64,000 nucleotides of DNA. Source: a bacterium (GTDB taxonomy: Bacteria; Zhuqueibacterota; Zhuqueibacteria; Residuimicrobiales; Krinioviventaceae). Shown here piece after piece: positions 42,718 through 52,271 of the stretch. The stretch spans positions 128,001-192,000 of the forward strand of contig CAXXMD010000002.1 of assembly GCA_963675755.2 (NCBI GenBank). Reading direction: 5' to 3'. Position numbers and translations under genes: made by a program. Every line of letters begins with the position of its first letter. Within the stretch, counting starts at the first letter, position 1. Under the pieces are notes generated by a model. That model saw nothing but the letters and a program-made list of their open reading frames with translations. It had not been told where the DNA came from and searched no databases.

Positions 42718-45700
42718 ATGAATTGTAATCTATTTTCAAGATTGTCAAGGATTGTACTGATTCTAAGTTTGTTTTTTCTTGCAAGATATGCCGATGCAAC
42801 AGTTTATAACGTTGATGATTCGGATATCAATTCCGTGATTTCTAACAGTGCACAGGCAGGAGATACACTGATTATGGATGACGGTACTTATACGGACCTT
42901 GCGATTATTCTGGGTGTGTCCGGAACATCGCAGGCACCGATTACTTTGTTGCCCGAATCTGTAAACGGTGTAACATTCAAGGGTGCATCTTCACGCATCC
43001 AGTTCAGCTCTGATTGGTGGATTGTTGACGGTTTTAAATGGGATTCGGTATTAACTACCAGTTCTACCTCTGTCATCTTTTTTACAGGAGCAGATAATAA
43101 TGTGTTTCGAAATTGTACAGTTTCAAATTCAGGTAGGACCACTGTCGGTTCCAAAACAGGAATTATTCGTGTAATGAACAGTTCACATGACAATATCATT
43201 GAATATAACCGGTTTGATAATTTGGTAAATGTTGGAGTCCAGATATGGGCTTGGGACACGGATACCGATAATACAGGAAACATCATACGATATAATCATT
43301 TTGTTAACCTAACCGCATTTGAAATAATCCAGCTCGGACAAGGAGGATCAAGTGCGTTTGCAAGCCAGCAGACGGTTTTAGAATATAATCTGTTCCAGAA
43401 TATTGAAATGGAAGATCCCGAGCTCATTTCTTCCAAATCATCAGACAATATTCTCCGTTATAATACGTTCAGAGACTGCAGTTCGATGCTGGTACTTCGG
43501 ACTGGTGCACATGCAATTGTAGAAGGAAACTGGTTTTTTGATTCAAAAGGTATTCGTGTTCACGATCGGGATCATATCATTATTAATAACTATATTGAAG
43601 GTCCTTCTTCTGAAACAAATTCCGATAATGAAGGCATTACCTTGTATTGCGGAAATATGGAACGGCCCTATACAGATGGTACCCATTATACTGCCAGGAA
43701 TGTTCTGGTTGCCAATAATACGGTAATCAATCATGAGGCAGAACACATCAATGTTGGCAGGAATAGCACCTATCCCTATTACCCGGACAGTTGCAGGATC
43801 ATCAATAACCTTGTCTCCAATAATGTGGGCATTGGTATCGAATATGAAGCCGGTACAAATATAACCTGGCAGAACAATATTGCGTATCCTACCGGCAGCG
43901 GAACAGCCGGTGATGCTCCGAATCTGATTACGCGGGACCCATCTCTGACATTTGATGATCCCATTTATCGCCCGCAATCGGGCTATGCTGCTGTTGACAG
44001 TGGTGTTACCGTTACAGATGTAAGTGATGATATAGAAGGGCAGGACCGGGACAATTATCCCGATATCGGTGCTGATGAATACTCGCAGGATTCCGTTCTT
44101 CGATCTCCGCTTACCATCTCTGATGTAGGACCGTATGCCGGACAAACCGTTCAATATACGTTAACAGTTACACCATCAGGTTCCGGGATTGTTACGCTTG
44201 ATCCTTCCGGTGGCACATATGAATTGAGCACCGTAGTAACTATGACTGCCATTGCAGACAGTTCATGGAGATTCACCTCGTGGAGCGAGGATGCCAGCGG
44301 TACCGGCAGTGTAAAACCCGTATCCATGTATGATGATTATAATATTACTGCTAATTTTGCACAGGTATCCTCTACACCGGTAAATCTGACAGTAGCGTCC
44401 GTTGAAGCTTCGGAAGATGACGGCAATATTGCTGCAAATACCCTCGATGATGATTTCGATACCCGATGGTCTGCCGAAGATGGACCGCAGTACCTTGCCT
44501 TTGATTTGGGTTATATATACAAAGTGAGCAGTCTTGAAATAGCCTGGTTTAACGGAGATCAGCGGTCATCCTATTTTCAGATCGATATCTCTTCAGATAG
44601 CTCAAACTGGACAACCGTATTAACCGACACAAGCTGTGGTACTACTACAGCCCTTGAAGCATTTGATATTACGGATGTTGCCGCAAGGTATGTACGTTAT
44701 GTGGGCAATGGGAATTCTTCCAATGACTGGAACAGTGTAACGGAAGTGAATATTATTGGTATGATAAATTCTACTGCTGGTCAGTATACCCTCTCAACTG
44801 GCACAACAGGATCGGGATCAGTTACGCTTGATCCTTCGGGAGGTACATATAACCCGGATACGGAAGTCGAGTTAACAGCTGTACCTGCCAGCGGTTGGCG
44901 ATTTGATTTATGGAGCGGCAGTTTGTCTGGTAGCCAAAATCCTGATACTCTGACCATAGACAGCAACAAATCGGTAACAGCCACGTTTGTACAGGTTTGC
45001 ACTCTTTCTGTGAATACAACCGGTTCCGGCAGCGTAACGCTTAATCCCTCAGGTGGTGTATATGATGTAAACACTGAAGTGATATTAACACCGGTGCCTG
45101 TTTCGGGTTGGGAATTCGATTCGTGGAGTGGAGATTTGAGCGGCAGTACTGTTCCCGATACCATTACCATGAATGCTAACAAGAGTATAACTGCGGTGTT
45201 TACCGAACAAACCGGTGAACCGGATACAACGACAGTATATGCCGCGGCAGACGCTTTTGTAAGAGCTGGCGATTATGCTGATGACAATTTTGGTAGTGAA
45301 ACAAGACTTCAACTCAAAGAACTTGCTTTAAATTATCTGTACCACTCTTATATCAAGATGGATTGTGCTTCGGAAGGCTTAAACGATTGCAACTCTGCAA
45401 CATTGAAACTGAATATCTATTATGTTCAAGCCGCTTATACACTCAGTATTTATAAAACCTCCGATGACTGGACTGAAGGTGGTATTACATTCAATAACGC
45501 TCCATCCGCGGGTGATCTGGTAACAACGGTTTCGGTCAGTGCGGCTGGTACATATAATATTGATGTAACGGACTATGTTGATGCTGAACTTGCAGATGAC
45601 GATACAATCTCGTTTCTGCTCATTGGTCAAAACACCAACAGTTATATACGAAGCCGTGAAACAGCGTATGACCCTGAATTGGAAATTATAACCGGCTCAG

Positions 45701-46023
45701 CAGAAAAAAAACTTCCTCCGGGTTTTTTAGAGCCGGTTATTCCTTTGGCTTACAGCCTGCACCAGAATTGGCCTAATCCATTTAACCCGGTAACGACCAT
45801 TCGGTATGAACTGAGTGAACCCAGTTATGTAAATCTTTCGGTCTATGATATAAACGGCCGGCTTGTTTCTATCCTGGTTGATCAGCATCAGGAAACCGGC
45901 ATTTATCAGCAAAAATGGTCATCTGTCAGCAGGGAGGGCAGGACTATGTCTACCGGTATATATTTCTACAAATTAAAAGCCGGCACTTTTCAGGATGTGA
46001 AAAAGATGCTGCTTGTGAAATAA
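42718..46023 (+). CDS. Multimodular PL6 lyase with B-repeats, F5/8-CBM32, DNRLRE/CBM96-like domain and sorting domain
   Basis: ELISSKS...LRYNTF..C..MLVLRTG; DDGNIAANTLDD.FDTRWSA CBM32 motif; AADAFVR; NWPNPFN C-terminal domain. Confidence 0.87.
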   Translation: MNCNLFSRLSRIVLILSLFFLARYADATVYNVDDSDINSVISNSAQAGDTLIMDDGTYTDLAIILGVSGTSQAPITLLPESVNGVTFKGASSRIQFSSDWWIVDGFKWDSVLTTSSTSVIFFTGADNNVFRNCTVSNSGRTTVGSKTGIIRVMNSSHDNIIEYNRFDNLVNVGVQIWAWDTDTDNTGNIIRYNHFVNLTAFEIIQLGQGGSSAFASQQTVLEYNLFQNIEMEDPELISSKSSDNILRYNTFRDCSSMLVLRTGAHAIVEGNWFFDSKGIRVHDRDHIIINNYIEGPSSETNSDNEGITLYCGNMERPYTDGTHYTARNVLVANNTVINHEAEHINVGRNSTYPYYPDSCRIINNLVSNNVGIGIEYEAGTNITWQNNIAYPTGSGTAGDAPNLITRDPSLTFDDPIYRPQSGYAAVDSGVTVTDVSDDIEGQDRDNYPDIGADEYSQDSVLRSPLTISDVGPYAGQTVQYTLTVTPSGSGIVTLDPSGGTYELSTVVTMTAIADSSWRFTSWSEDASGTGSVKPVSMYDDYNITANFAQVSSTPVNLTVASVEASEDDGNIAANTLDDDFDTRWSAEDGPQYLAFDLGYIYKVSSLEIAWFNGDQRSSYFQIDISSDSSNWTTVLTDTSCGTTTALEAFDITDVAARYVRYVGNGNSSNDWNSVTEVNIIGMINSTAGQYTLSTGTTGSGSVTLDPSGGTYNPDTEVELTAVPASGWRFDLWSGSLSGSQNPDTLTIDSNKSVTATFVQVCTLSVNTTGSGSVTLNPSGGVYDVNTEVILTPVPVSGWEFDSWSGDLSGSTVPDTITMNANKSITAVFTEQTGEPDTTTVYAAADAFVRAGDYADDNFGSETRLQLKELALNYLYHSYIKMDCASEGLNDCNSATLKLNIYYVQAAYTLSIYKTSDDWTEGGITFNNAPSAGDLVTTVSVSAAGTYNIDVTDYVDAELADDDTISFLLIGQNTNSYIRSRETAYDPELEIITGSAEKKLPPGFLEPVIPLAYSLHQNWPNPFNPVTTIRYELSEPSYVNLSVYDINGRLVSILVDQHQETGIYQQKWSSVSREGRTMSTGIYFYKLKAGTFQDVKKMLLVK
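44152..45205 (+). repeat. Three intragenic ~70-aa InlB-B/Flg_new-like repeats (approximate bounds; the CBM32 lies between copies 1 and 2)
   Basis: YTLTVTPSGSGIVTLDPSGGTY / YTLSTGTTGSGSVTLDPSGGTY / CTLSVNTTGSGSVTLNPSGGVY, each followed by W.F..WS. Confidence 0.75.
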
Positions 46024-46031
46024 AAAAATAT

Positions 46032-46062
46032 CAGTGGCAGATATGAGAAATATCTGCCGCTG
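46032..46062. terminator. Intergenic hairpin without a U-tract
   Basis: CAGTGGCAGATAT-gagaa-ATATCTGCCGCTG, a 13-bp stem with one G-U pair. Confidence 0.65.
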
Positions 46063-46097
46063 GATTAAATGGTTTGAATTGTGAGAGTCAGGAGACA

Positions 46098-48050
46098 ATG
46101 GGCGATAAAAATATAAAGTGTTTGAATAAAAAACAGTATTCCATATTTAATATTGTGAAAAAAATATTTTTACCGATAATAGGATTTCTCTCTTTTTTAT
46201 GGATAGTATATCGTGTTATATCAAAACCGAGCCGAATCCAGTATCCTTGTATTAGAATGTCTGCTCCTGTTGCGTCAGGGTTTTTAATCTGGATAATGGG
46301 TCTATTTTCATCCGCCTATGCAATCCATCAGATAAAAAGATTTGTAAAAAGCAGACGATGGATTTTATCGGTTACGCTGATGTTTGTTGTACTGATTTTA
46401 ACAGTTATTTTTACTTATGATCCACAATTACCTGTTTATGCAAACTCGAACAGTTACCTTGCACCCAATACGCCTGTGGGGACTCCGCGGGGTGTAAAAC
46501 CCGGACGCGTAGTTTGGAGTTGGAATCCGAAAGCAACTAATGAAAACTGTACAAATGCATTCGGTGATGCCTACTATTTATCACAGAATACCAATATAGA
46601 TGTTGTAAACAGCATGATTGATGAATCAATTCTTCGTTTAACCGGAGCAGAAAATCTAAAATGCGCCTGGGATTCGCTGTTTGTTTATTTTAACCGAAAT
46701 CACGCCAAGGTCAACCATACCTATAACCCAGGTGAGAAAATATGTATTAAAACAAATGCGGTAGGTACAAGTGTAGATGAGGATTACAATGTAACCAACC
46801 TGTCCCAATACCAGATGGCGAGAACATCACCACAGCCGGTACTGGTTATACTGCGTCATCTGATCAATATCTGTGGTATTGCGCAGGAGAATATAAGTGT
46901 AGGAGACCCGTCCCGATATATGCAAAATGAAGTGTTTGATTTACTGCATGGCGAGTTTCCGGATGTAAAATATATCTGCCGGCAGGGCACCAAGGGCAGA
47001 ACAAAATCCGTAGCAACCGACAATGCGTCACTTTTCTATTCGGACCGGGGTACAATTTTACGGACCGGTTCGTGGGAAGACGCATCGTCCGGTTCTGCTG
47101 TGCATAATGACAAACTGTTCACAGTGATCGAAAATGCTGATTACCTGATCAACATTTCCGCGTTCAAGGCGCATGAGCGGGCGGGTGTTACCTTTTGTGC
47201 CAAAAACCATTTTGGATCACAGGGGCGCAGCAACTCCCGGCACATGCACATGGGGCTTGTGAGTCCCGATCAGGGAGAGGCTGAACGAAGTGGTTACGGC
47301 CTGTACCGGATCCAGGTTGATCTTATGGCGCACAAAGACCTTGGAGGCAAAACTGTATTATTCATGGTTGATGGATTGTGGGGCGGTTCAGGCGCCAATG
47401 ATCCGCCGCGAAAATTCCAAATGATGCCGTTCAATAATGACTGGTCGTCTTCGATTTTCATGTCGCAGGACCAGGTTGCGCTTGAATCGGTATGTTATGA
47501 TTTTCTCAAAGCAGAATTTACGGAAGACAATCCCTACGGCTCGTGGCCGCAGATGGTTGGTACGGATGATTATCTGATGCAGGCGGCAGATAATCAATAC
47601 TGGCCGGAAGGGTTTGTTTATGATCCGGAAAAAGACGAGACTGCTGTAACAAGCCTTGGCGTTCATGAACACTGGAACAATGATATAGATAAACAGTACA
47701 CGGGAAATCTGGAAGGTTCAGGCGGTATAGAACTGGTGAAAATTGAGAATACAACCTCTGTAGAATCGGAGGAAAAGAGCTTACCAGATGACATTCAGCT
47801 ACTGCAGAATTATCCCAATCCTTTTAATGCAAAAACCGTTATTTCTTTTTATCTGGAAAAGCCATCACAGGTGTCTTTAAAAATATATGATATTCAGGGA
47901 CACCAGATAGAAACCGTATGTAGTGGAATACAGCCGGCCGGTTTTAGTAGAATCCATTTTTCAGGCAGTCAATATGCCAGCGGGGTCTATTTTTATGAAC
48001 TGTTAACCGAATACAGCATTTTGAGACGAAAGATGGTTCTGATCAGGTAA
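46098..48050 (+). CDS. DUF362-domain protein with N-terminal TMs and C-terminal sorting domain
   Basis: KPSRI.YPC, PGRVVW, ICIKTN, KAH..AGVTFCAKNHFG, SQDQVALESV and NYPNPFN. The ATG at 46098 follows AGGAG. Confidence 0.75.
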   Translation: MGDKNIKCLNKKQYSIFNIVKKIFLPIIGFLSFLWIVYRVISKPSRIQYPCIRMSAPVASGFLIWIMGLFSSAYAIHQIKRFVKSRRWILSVTLMFVVLILTVIFTYDPQLPVYANSNSYLAPNTPVGTPRGVKPGRVVWSWNPKATNENCTNAFGDAYYLSQNTNIDVVNSMIDESILRLTGAENLKCAWDSLFVYFNRNHAKVNHTYNPGEKICIKTNAVGTSVDEDYNVTNLSQYQMARTSPQPVLVILRHLINICGIAQENISVGDPSRYMQNEVFDLLHGEFPDVKYICRQGTKGRTKSVATDNASLFYSDRGTILRTGSWEDASSGSAVHNDKLFTVIENADYLINISAFKAHERAGVTFCAKNHFGSQGRSNSRHMHMGLVSPDQGEAERSGYGLYRIQVDLMAHKDLGGKTVLFMVDGLWGGSGANDPPRKFQMMPFNNDWSSSIFMSQDQVALESVCYDFLKAEFTEDNPYGSWPQMVGTDDYLMQAADNQYWPEGFVYDPEKDETAVTSLGVHEHWNNDIDKQYTGNLEGSGGIELVKIENTTSVESEEKSLPDDIQLLQNYPNPFNAKTVISFYLEKPSQVSLKIYDIQGHQIETVCSGIQPAGFSRIHFSGSQYASGVYFYELLTEYSILRRKMVLIR

Positions 48051-48089
48051 TCACGAACAATTATGGATATATAAAAACAGACTGGATTT

Positions 48090-49313
48090 ATGAAGAAAAT
48101 TAATTCAATGTTGAAATCTGTCGGTCCCGGAATTATTATCGCATCTGCGTGCCTGGGACCCGGAAGCATTACAACTGCTTCCAAAATAGGAACTGATTAT
48201 GGTTACAGTTTGATGTGGGTAGTATTGCTGGCCGGTATTTGTATGGCCATGTATACATCCATGTCTGCAAGGTTTGGGGCAATCAGCTCCAAAACCATAC
48301 TTGCCAGCGTTGCAGAACATTATGGAAGATGGTTCGCAGTATTGATCGGCGTTTCCGCGTTTTTGGCGGCTACCAGTTTTCAGTTCGGCAATAACCTGGG
48401 TGTGGCAACGGCGTTACAGTCCCTCACCGGTATTGATGAGCATATCTGGCCATTAATTATTTCACCAGGCGGTATCGTATTAATTTTTTATGCAAAAAGT
48501 TTATATAAAATCATAGAAAAGATCATGCTGGTACTGGTACTGATTATGATTACCGCTTTTGTTATAAATTTTATTTTTACGAAACCCGAATGGTCTTCAT
48601 TATTTAAGGGATTCGTACCGCACTCTGTCCCGTCAAATGCTATGCATGAGATGGTAGCCATTGTTGGCACCACGTTTATACTCCATTCCTGTTTATACCA
48701 GTCGTACCTGGTGCAATATAAAGGGTGGGACATCAAACAGTTGAAAACCGGTTTCAGAGATTCATTAATTGGCATTATCATTCTCGCTGGTACCAGCTTG
48801 CTGATCATTGCCACATCCGCAACGGCTTTGCATCCCAAGGGAATATCCATAACCAGTGCTGCTGATATGGCGCTTCAGCTTGAAACACTGTTTGGCTCTT
48901 TTGCCAAAATTGTGTTCAGCATGGGACTTTTCGCTGCAGCATTTTCATCATTACTGGTGAATTCCATCATTGGTGGTGGTTTGCTGGCAGACAGTTTAGG
49001 ATGGGGAAACCAAATGAATGATAAGGGGCCCAAAATTTTTGCAACGGTAATTCTGCTTACGGGAATGACCATCGCTGTTTTTTTTCGCGGCAACTTGGTT
49101 TACGCGCTTGTTCTTGCCCAGGCAAGTTCCATGCTGGCAGTTCCTGCTATCGCCGTGGGTTTGATCATGGTTGTTAATAATAAAAAAATTATGGGGGGAC
49201 ATGTTAATAACTGGAAACAGAATATTATTACTTTTATCGGACTGGTTTTGGTTTTTTTTATGGTAATCAATTTTTATTTCAGAATATATGCTTTACTGGG
49301 TTTTGGACATTGA
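48090..49313 (+). CDS. NRAMP-superfamily (YcsG-like) transporter lacking the DPGN metal motif
   Basis: GPGIII..ACLGPGS, G..YGYSL.W, FQFGNNLG and VGTT motifs; multi-TM. Confidence 0.85.
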   Translation: MKKINSMLKSVGPGIIIASACLGPGSITTASKIGTDYGYSLMWVVLLAGICMAMYTSMSARFGAISSKTILASVAEHYGRWFAVLIGVSAFLAATSFQFGNNLGVATALQSLTGIDEHIWPLIISPGGIVLIFYAKSLYKIIEKIMLVLVLIMITAFVINFIFTKPEWSSLFKGFVPHSVPSNAMHEMVAIVGTTFILHSCLYQSYLVQYKGWDIKQLKTGFRDSLIGIIILAGTSLLIIATSATALHPKGISITSAADMALQLETLFGSFAKIVFSMGLFAAAFSSLLVNSIIGGGLLADSLGWGNQMNDKGPKIFATVILLTGMTIAVFFRGNLVYALVLAQASSMLAVPAIAVGLIMVVNNKKIMGGHVNNWKQNIITFIGLVLVFFMVINFYFRIYALLGFGH

Positions 49314-49343
49314 GTATTTAATAAACAAAAATTTGGAGTCATA

Positions 49344-50810
49344 ATGGAAAATATAAACAGAAGAGATTTTGTCAAATCCGTTGGCGCGGGAGTCGCATTG
49401 TCGTTGGCTGCCGGAATTGGATCCAATGTGATGGGTGCTAATGACAGGATACGGCTGGGAATCGTCGGTTTGAATTCCAAAGGTGCGTCACATGTGAATA
49501 ACTTTTCGCAACTGGAGAATGTACAGGTTGCCGCCTTGTGTGATGTTGATCGTGATGTTTTGAACAGAGAAAAAGAAAAATTCACCCAAAAGAATACTAA
49601 AGTAGATACCTATACTGATATTCGTAAACTTTTAGATGATAAAGATATAGATGCTATTGTTGTCGTGACCCCGAACCACTGGCACTCTTTAATGGGAATT
49701 TGGGCCTGCCAGGCCGGCAAAGATGTATATGTTGAAAAACCCGTCAGTCATGATGTTTGGGAAGGTCGTCAACTGGTTAGTGCGGCTAAAAAATACAAGC
49801 GAATTGTGCAGGCAGGTACGCAATCCCGTTCAGACGAAGCCTTGAAAGAGGTGTTTCAATATATTCAGGACGGAAATTTAGGCAAAATGAAACTGGTTTG
49901 GGGATTCTGTTATAAGCAAAGGCCAAGTATTGGAAAAGTGAAAGGTCCCCAATCTATCAGCCCATCTGTTGATTACAACCTGTGGACGGGTCCCGCTCCG
50001 TTACAGCCGTTAATGCGTGAAAAACTGCATTATGATTGGCATTGGCAGTGGGATACCGGTAATGGTGATATCGGTAACCAGGGTATCCATCAATTGGATA
50101 TGTGTCGCTGGGCAACCGGGCAGGAGCTGCTGCCTGAACGTGTTATGAGTATAGGGGGACGCTTTGGCTATAACGATGATGGTGAAACCGCAAATACCCA
50201 GATAATATTTTATGATTATAAACCTGTACCAATCATTTTTGAAGTACGGGGCTTGCCAGCCCGCAAAGATAGTACACAAATGGACCACTTTAAAGGCATA
50301 AGGATTGGGATTGTGATCGAATGCGAGCACGGCTATTTTGCTGGAGGCGCCGGAGGCGGTTGGATATATGATAACAATGGTAAGCGGGGCAAACAGTTTT
50401 CCAGTCCCGGTGGAGGCGGACACCATGGTAATTTTATTGATGCTATGAGAAGCAGAAGAGAAAGCGATCTGAATGCTCCCATCATTGAGGGACATGTGTC
50501 ATCCGGGTTGGCACATCTGGCCAACATTTCACACCGCATCGGTGTGAAAAACAGTATTGATGTGGTAAATGAACAATGCAAAAGTTATTACGATATGAAC
50601 AAGGTGTTTTATCGGTTGCAGTCCCATCTTTTTGAGAACTGGGTGGACCTTTCAAAGGATCTGGTAACCATGGGACCGGATCTTGAATTTGATCCAAAAG
50701 CGGAAAGATTCATTTCCAATGTTGAATATGATCAGGGATATTGGGCTAATACTATGCTGAAAAGGCAGAGCGTTCGTGAACCGTTTGTTGTGAAAGAAAT
50801 TAAAGGTTAA
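49344..50810 (+). CDS. Tat-exported Gfo/Idh/MocA oxidoreductase
   Basis: NRRDFVK Tat signal, TPNHWH, KDVYVEKP, GTQSRS and NQGIH.LD motifs. Confidence 0.92.
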   Translation: MENINRRDFVKSVGAGVALSLAAGIGSNVMGANDRIRLGIVGLNSKGASHVNNFSQLENVQVAALCDVDRDVLNREKEKFTQKNTKVDTYTDIRKLLDDKDIDAIVVVTPNHWHSLMGIWACQAGKDVYVEKPVSHDVWEGRQLVSAAKKYKRIVQAGTQSRSDEALKEVFQYIQDGNLGKMKLVWGFCYKQRPSIGKVKGPQSISPSVDYNLWTGPAPLQPLMREKLHYDWHWQWDTGNGDIGNQGIHQLDMCRWATGQELLPERVMSIGGRFGYNDDGETANTQIIFYDYKPVPIIFEVRGLPARKDSTQMDHFKGIRIGIVIECEHGYFAGGAGGGWIYDNNGKRGKQFSSPGGGGHHGNFIDAMRSRRESDLNAPIIEGHVSSGLAHLANISHRIGVKNSIDVVNEQCKSYYDMNKVFYRLQSHLFENWVDLSKDLVTMGPDLEFDPKAERFISNVEYDQGYWANTMLKRQSVREPFVVKEIKG

Positions 50811-50881
50811 TGATTTATCATATTACAAATTTTTTATTAAAGATGTTTAAGCAATATATTTTGCTGCTACAAGGAGATTAG

Positions 50882-52237
50882 ATGAAGCTTGAAAAAAATA
50901 ATATTGAACGTAGAGAATTTATTCATAAAGGAGCAGGGCTTGTAGGATTACTGGCATTGGCACCGGATAAAAGCCGGGCTGCAGCAAAATCATCCAGGCT
51001 GCGTGTTGCACTTGTGGGTACCGGTTCAAGAGGATGTGATATGTGGGGTAAGCGGCTGGTGCACCCCTTTGCGGAATATATCGAGATAGTGGCCCTGTGT
51101 GATATCAATCCCAAAAGGCTAAAAGCGGCCCGGGAATATATTGGTACTGATGCGGATTTATACATGGCTAAAGATTTTGATAAAATGATACAGGAAAAAC
51201 AACCCGATGCAGTAATATTGACAACTCCGGATTGTTTTCATGTAGATTATGCAATACGTGCGATGGAGTTGGGCTGTGATGTCATTTGTGAAAAACCAGT
51301 GGCAACTACAGCGGAGCAGTGTCAACGTTTATTGGATACGGAATACAAAACAGGTAAAAAAGTAACAGTGACTTTTAATGTGAGGCATGATCCCTCTGCT
51401 ATTGAAGTAAAGAAGCAGATCATTACGGGTAAGCTGGGCAAGATCATTTCTATGGAGTTTCATGAATTTTTGAATTTTGATCACGGTGCAAGTTATTTTA
51501 GAAGATGGCATGGCAAAACCGAATATTCCGGTTCGTTGCTTGTACACAAGGCCAGCCATCATTTTGACCAGATCAATTGGTGGCTCAATGCTGATCCGGT
51601 AGAGGTTACGGCACACGGTAAACTGGCATTTTATGGTAAAAATAATGCTTTCCGTGCGCAGAATTGCCGTAAGTGCAGTCACGTCAGCAAATGCAAATTT
51701 TACTGGGATATTTCTAAAAACGAATACTATCAAAAACTGTTTTTGGGATGTGAAGATTTCGACGGTTATTATCGTGATGGATGTGTATGGGACAATGATA
51801 TTAACGGATTTGATTCGGTTGTTGTGGATATTCTGTTTGATAATGATGTGATTGTATCTTATACCCTGGATGCCTATTTGCCGTATGAAGGTCAGGTTGT
51901 GGCAATAAATGGTGAATCGGGACGACTGGACGCCCACATATTCATGGCCCAACCATGGAAGGAAGACAAGGTATCCGAATTCCGGTATACTGAAACCTTT
52001 GGTGAATCAACAATATGGAGTCTGCCCCGTGTTGAAGAAGGGCACCTGACAGCTGATAATGACCTGAAAACACATTTGTTTGAACCCAGTCATCCGGACC
52101 CTCTGTTGAAAATGGCAGGCAGCCGTGAAGGCGTAATGTCCAGCCTGGTTGGAATTGCCGCACGGAAATCCATAGAAACCGGCAAGTCGATTAAAATTAA
52201 AGACCTTGTGGATTTTCCGTTATACTGGAAAGCATGA
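50882..52237 (+). CDS. Tat-exported Gfo/Idh/MocA oxidoreductase (YteT-like)
   Basis: ERREFI Tat signal, GTGSRG, CEKP, HGASYFRRWH and HKASHHFD motifs. Confidence 0.9.
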   Translation: MKLEKNNIERREFIHKGAGLVGLLALAPDKSRAAAKSSRLRVALVGTGSRGCDMWGKRLVHPFAEYIEIVALCDINPKRLKAAREYIGTDADLYMAKDFDKMIQEKQPDAVILTTPDCFHVDYAIRAMELGCDVICEKPVATTAEQCQRLLDTEYKTGKKVTVTFNVRHDPSAIEVKKQIITGKLGKIISMEFHEFLNFDHGASYFRRWHGKTEYSGSLLVHKASHHFDQINWWLNADPVEVTAHGKLAFYGKNNAFRAQNCRKCSHVSKCKFYWDISKNEYYQKLFLGCEDFDGYYRDGCVWDNDINGFDSVVVDILFDNDVIVSYTLDAYLPYEGQVVAINGESGRLDAHIFMAQPWKEDKVSEFRYTETFGESTIWSLPRVEEGHLTADNDLKTHLFEPSHPDPLLKMAGSREGVMSSLVGIAARKSIETGKSIKIKDLVDFPLYWKA

Positions 52238-52271
52238 GAACTGTTATTGATGATCTAATGTGGAGTTTTTT

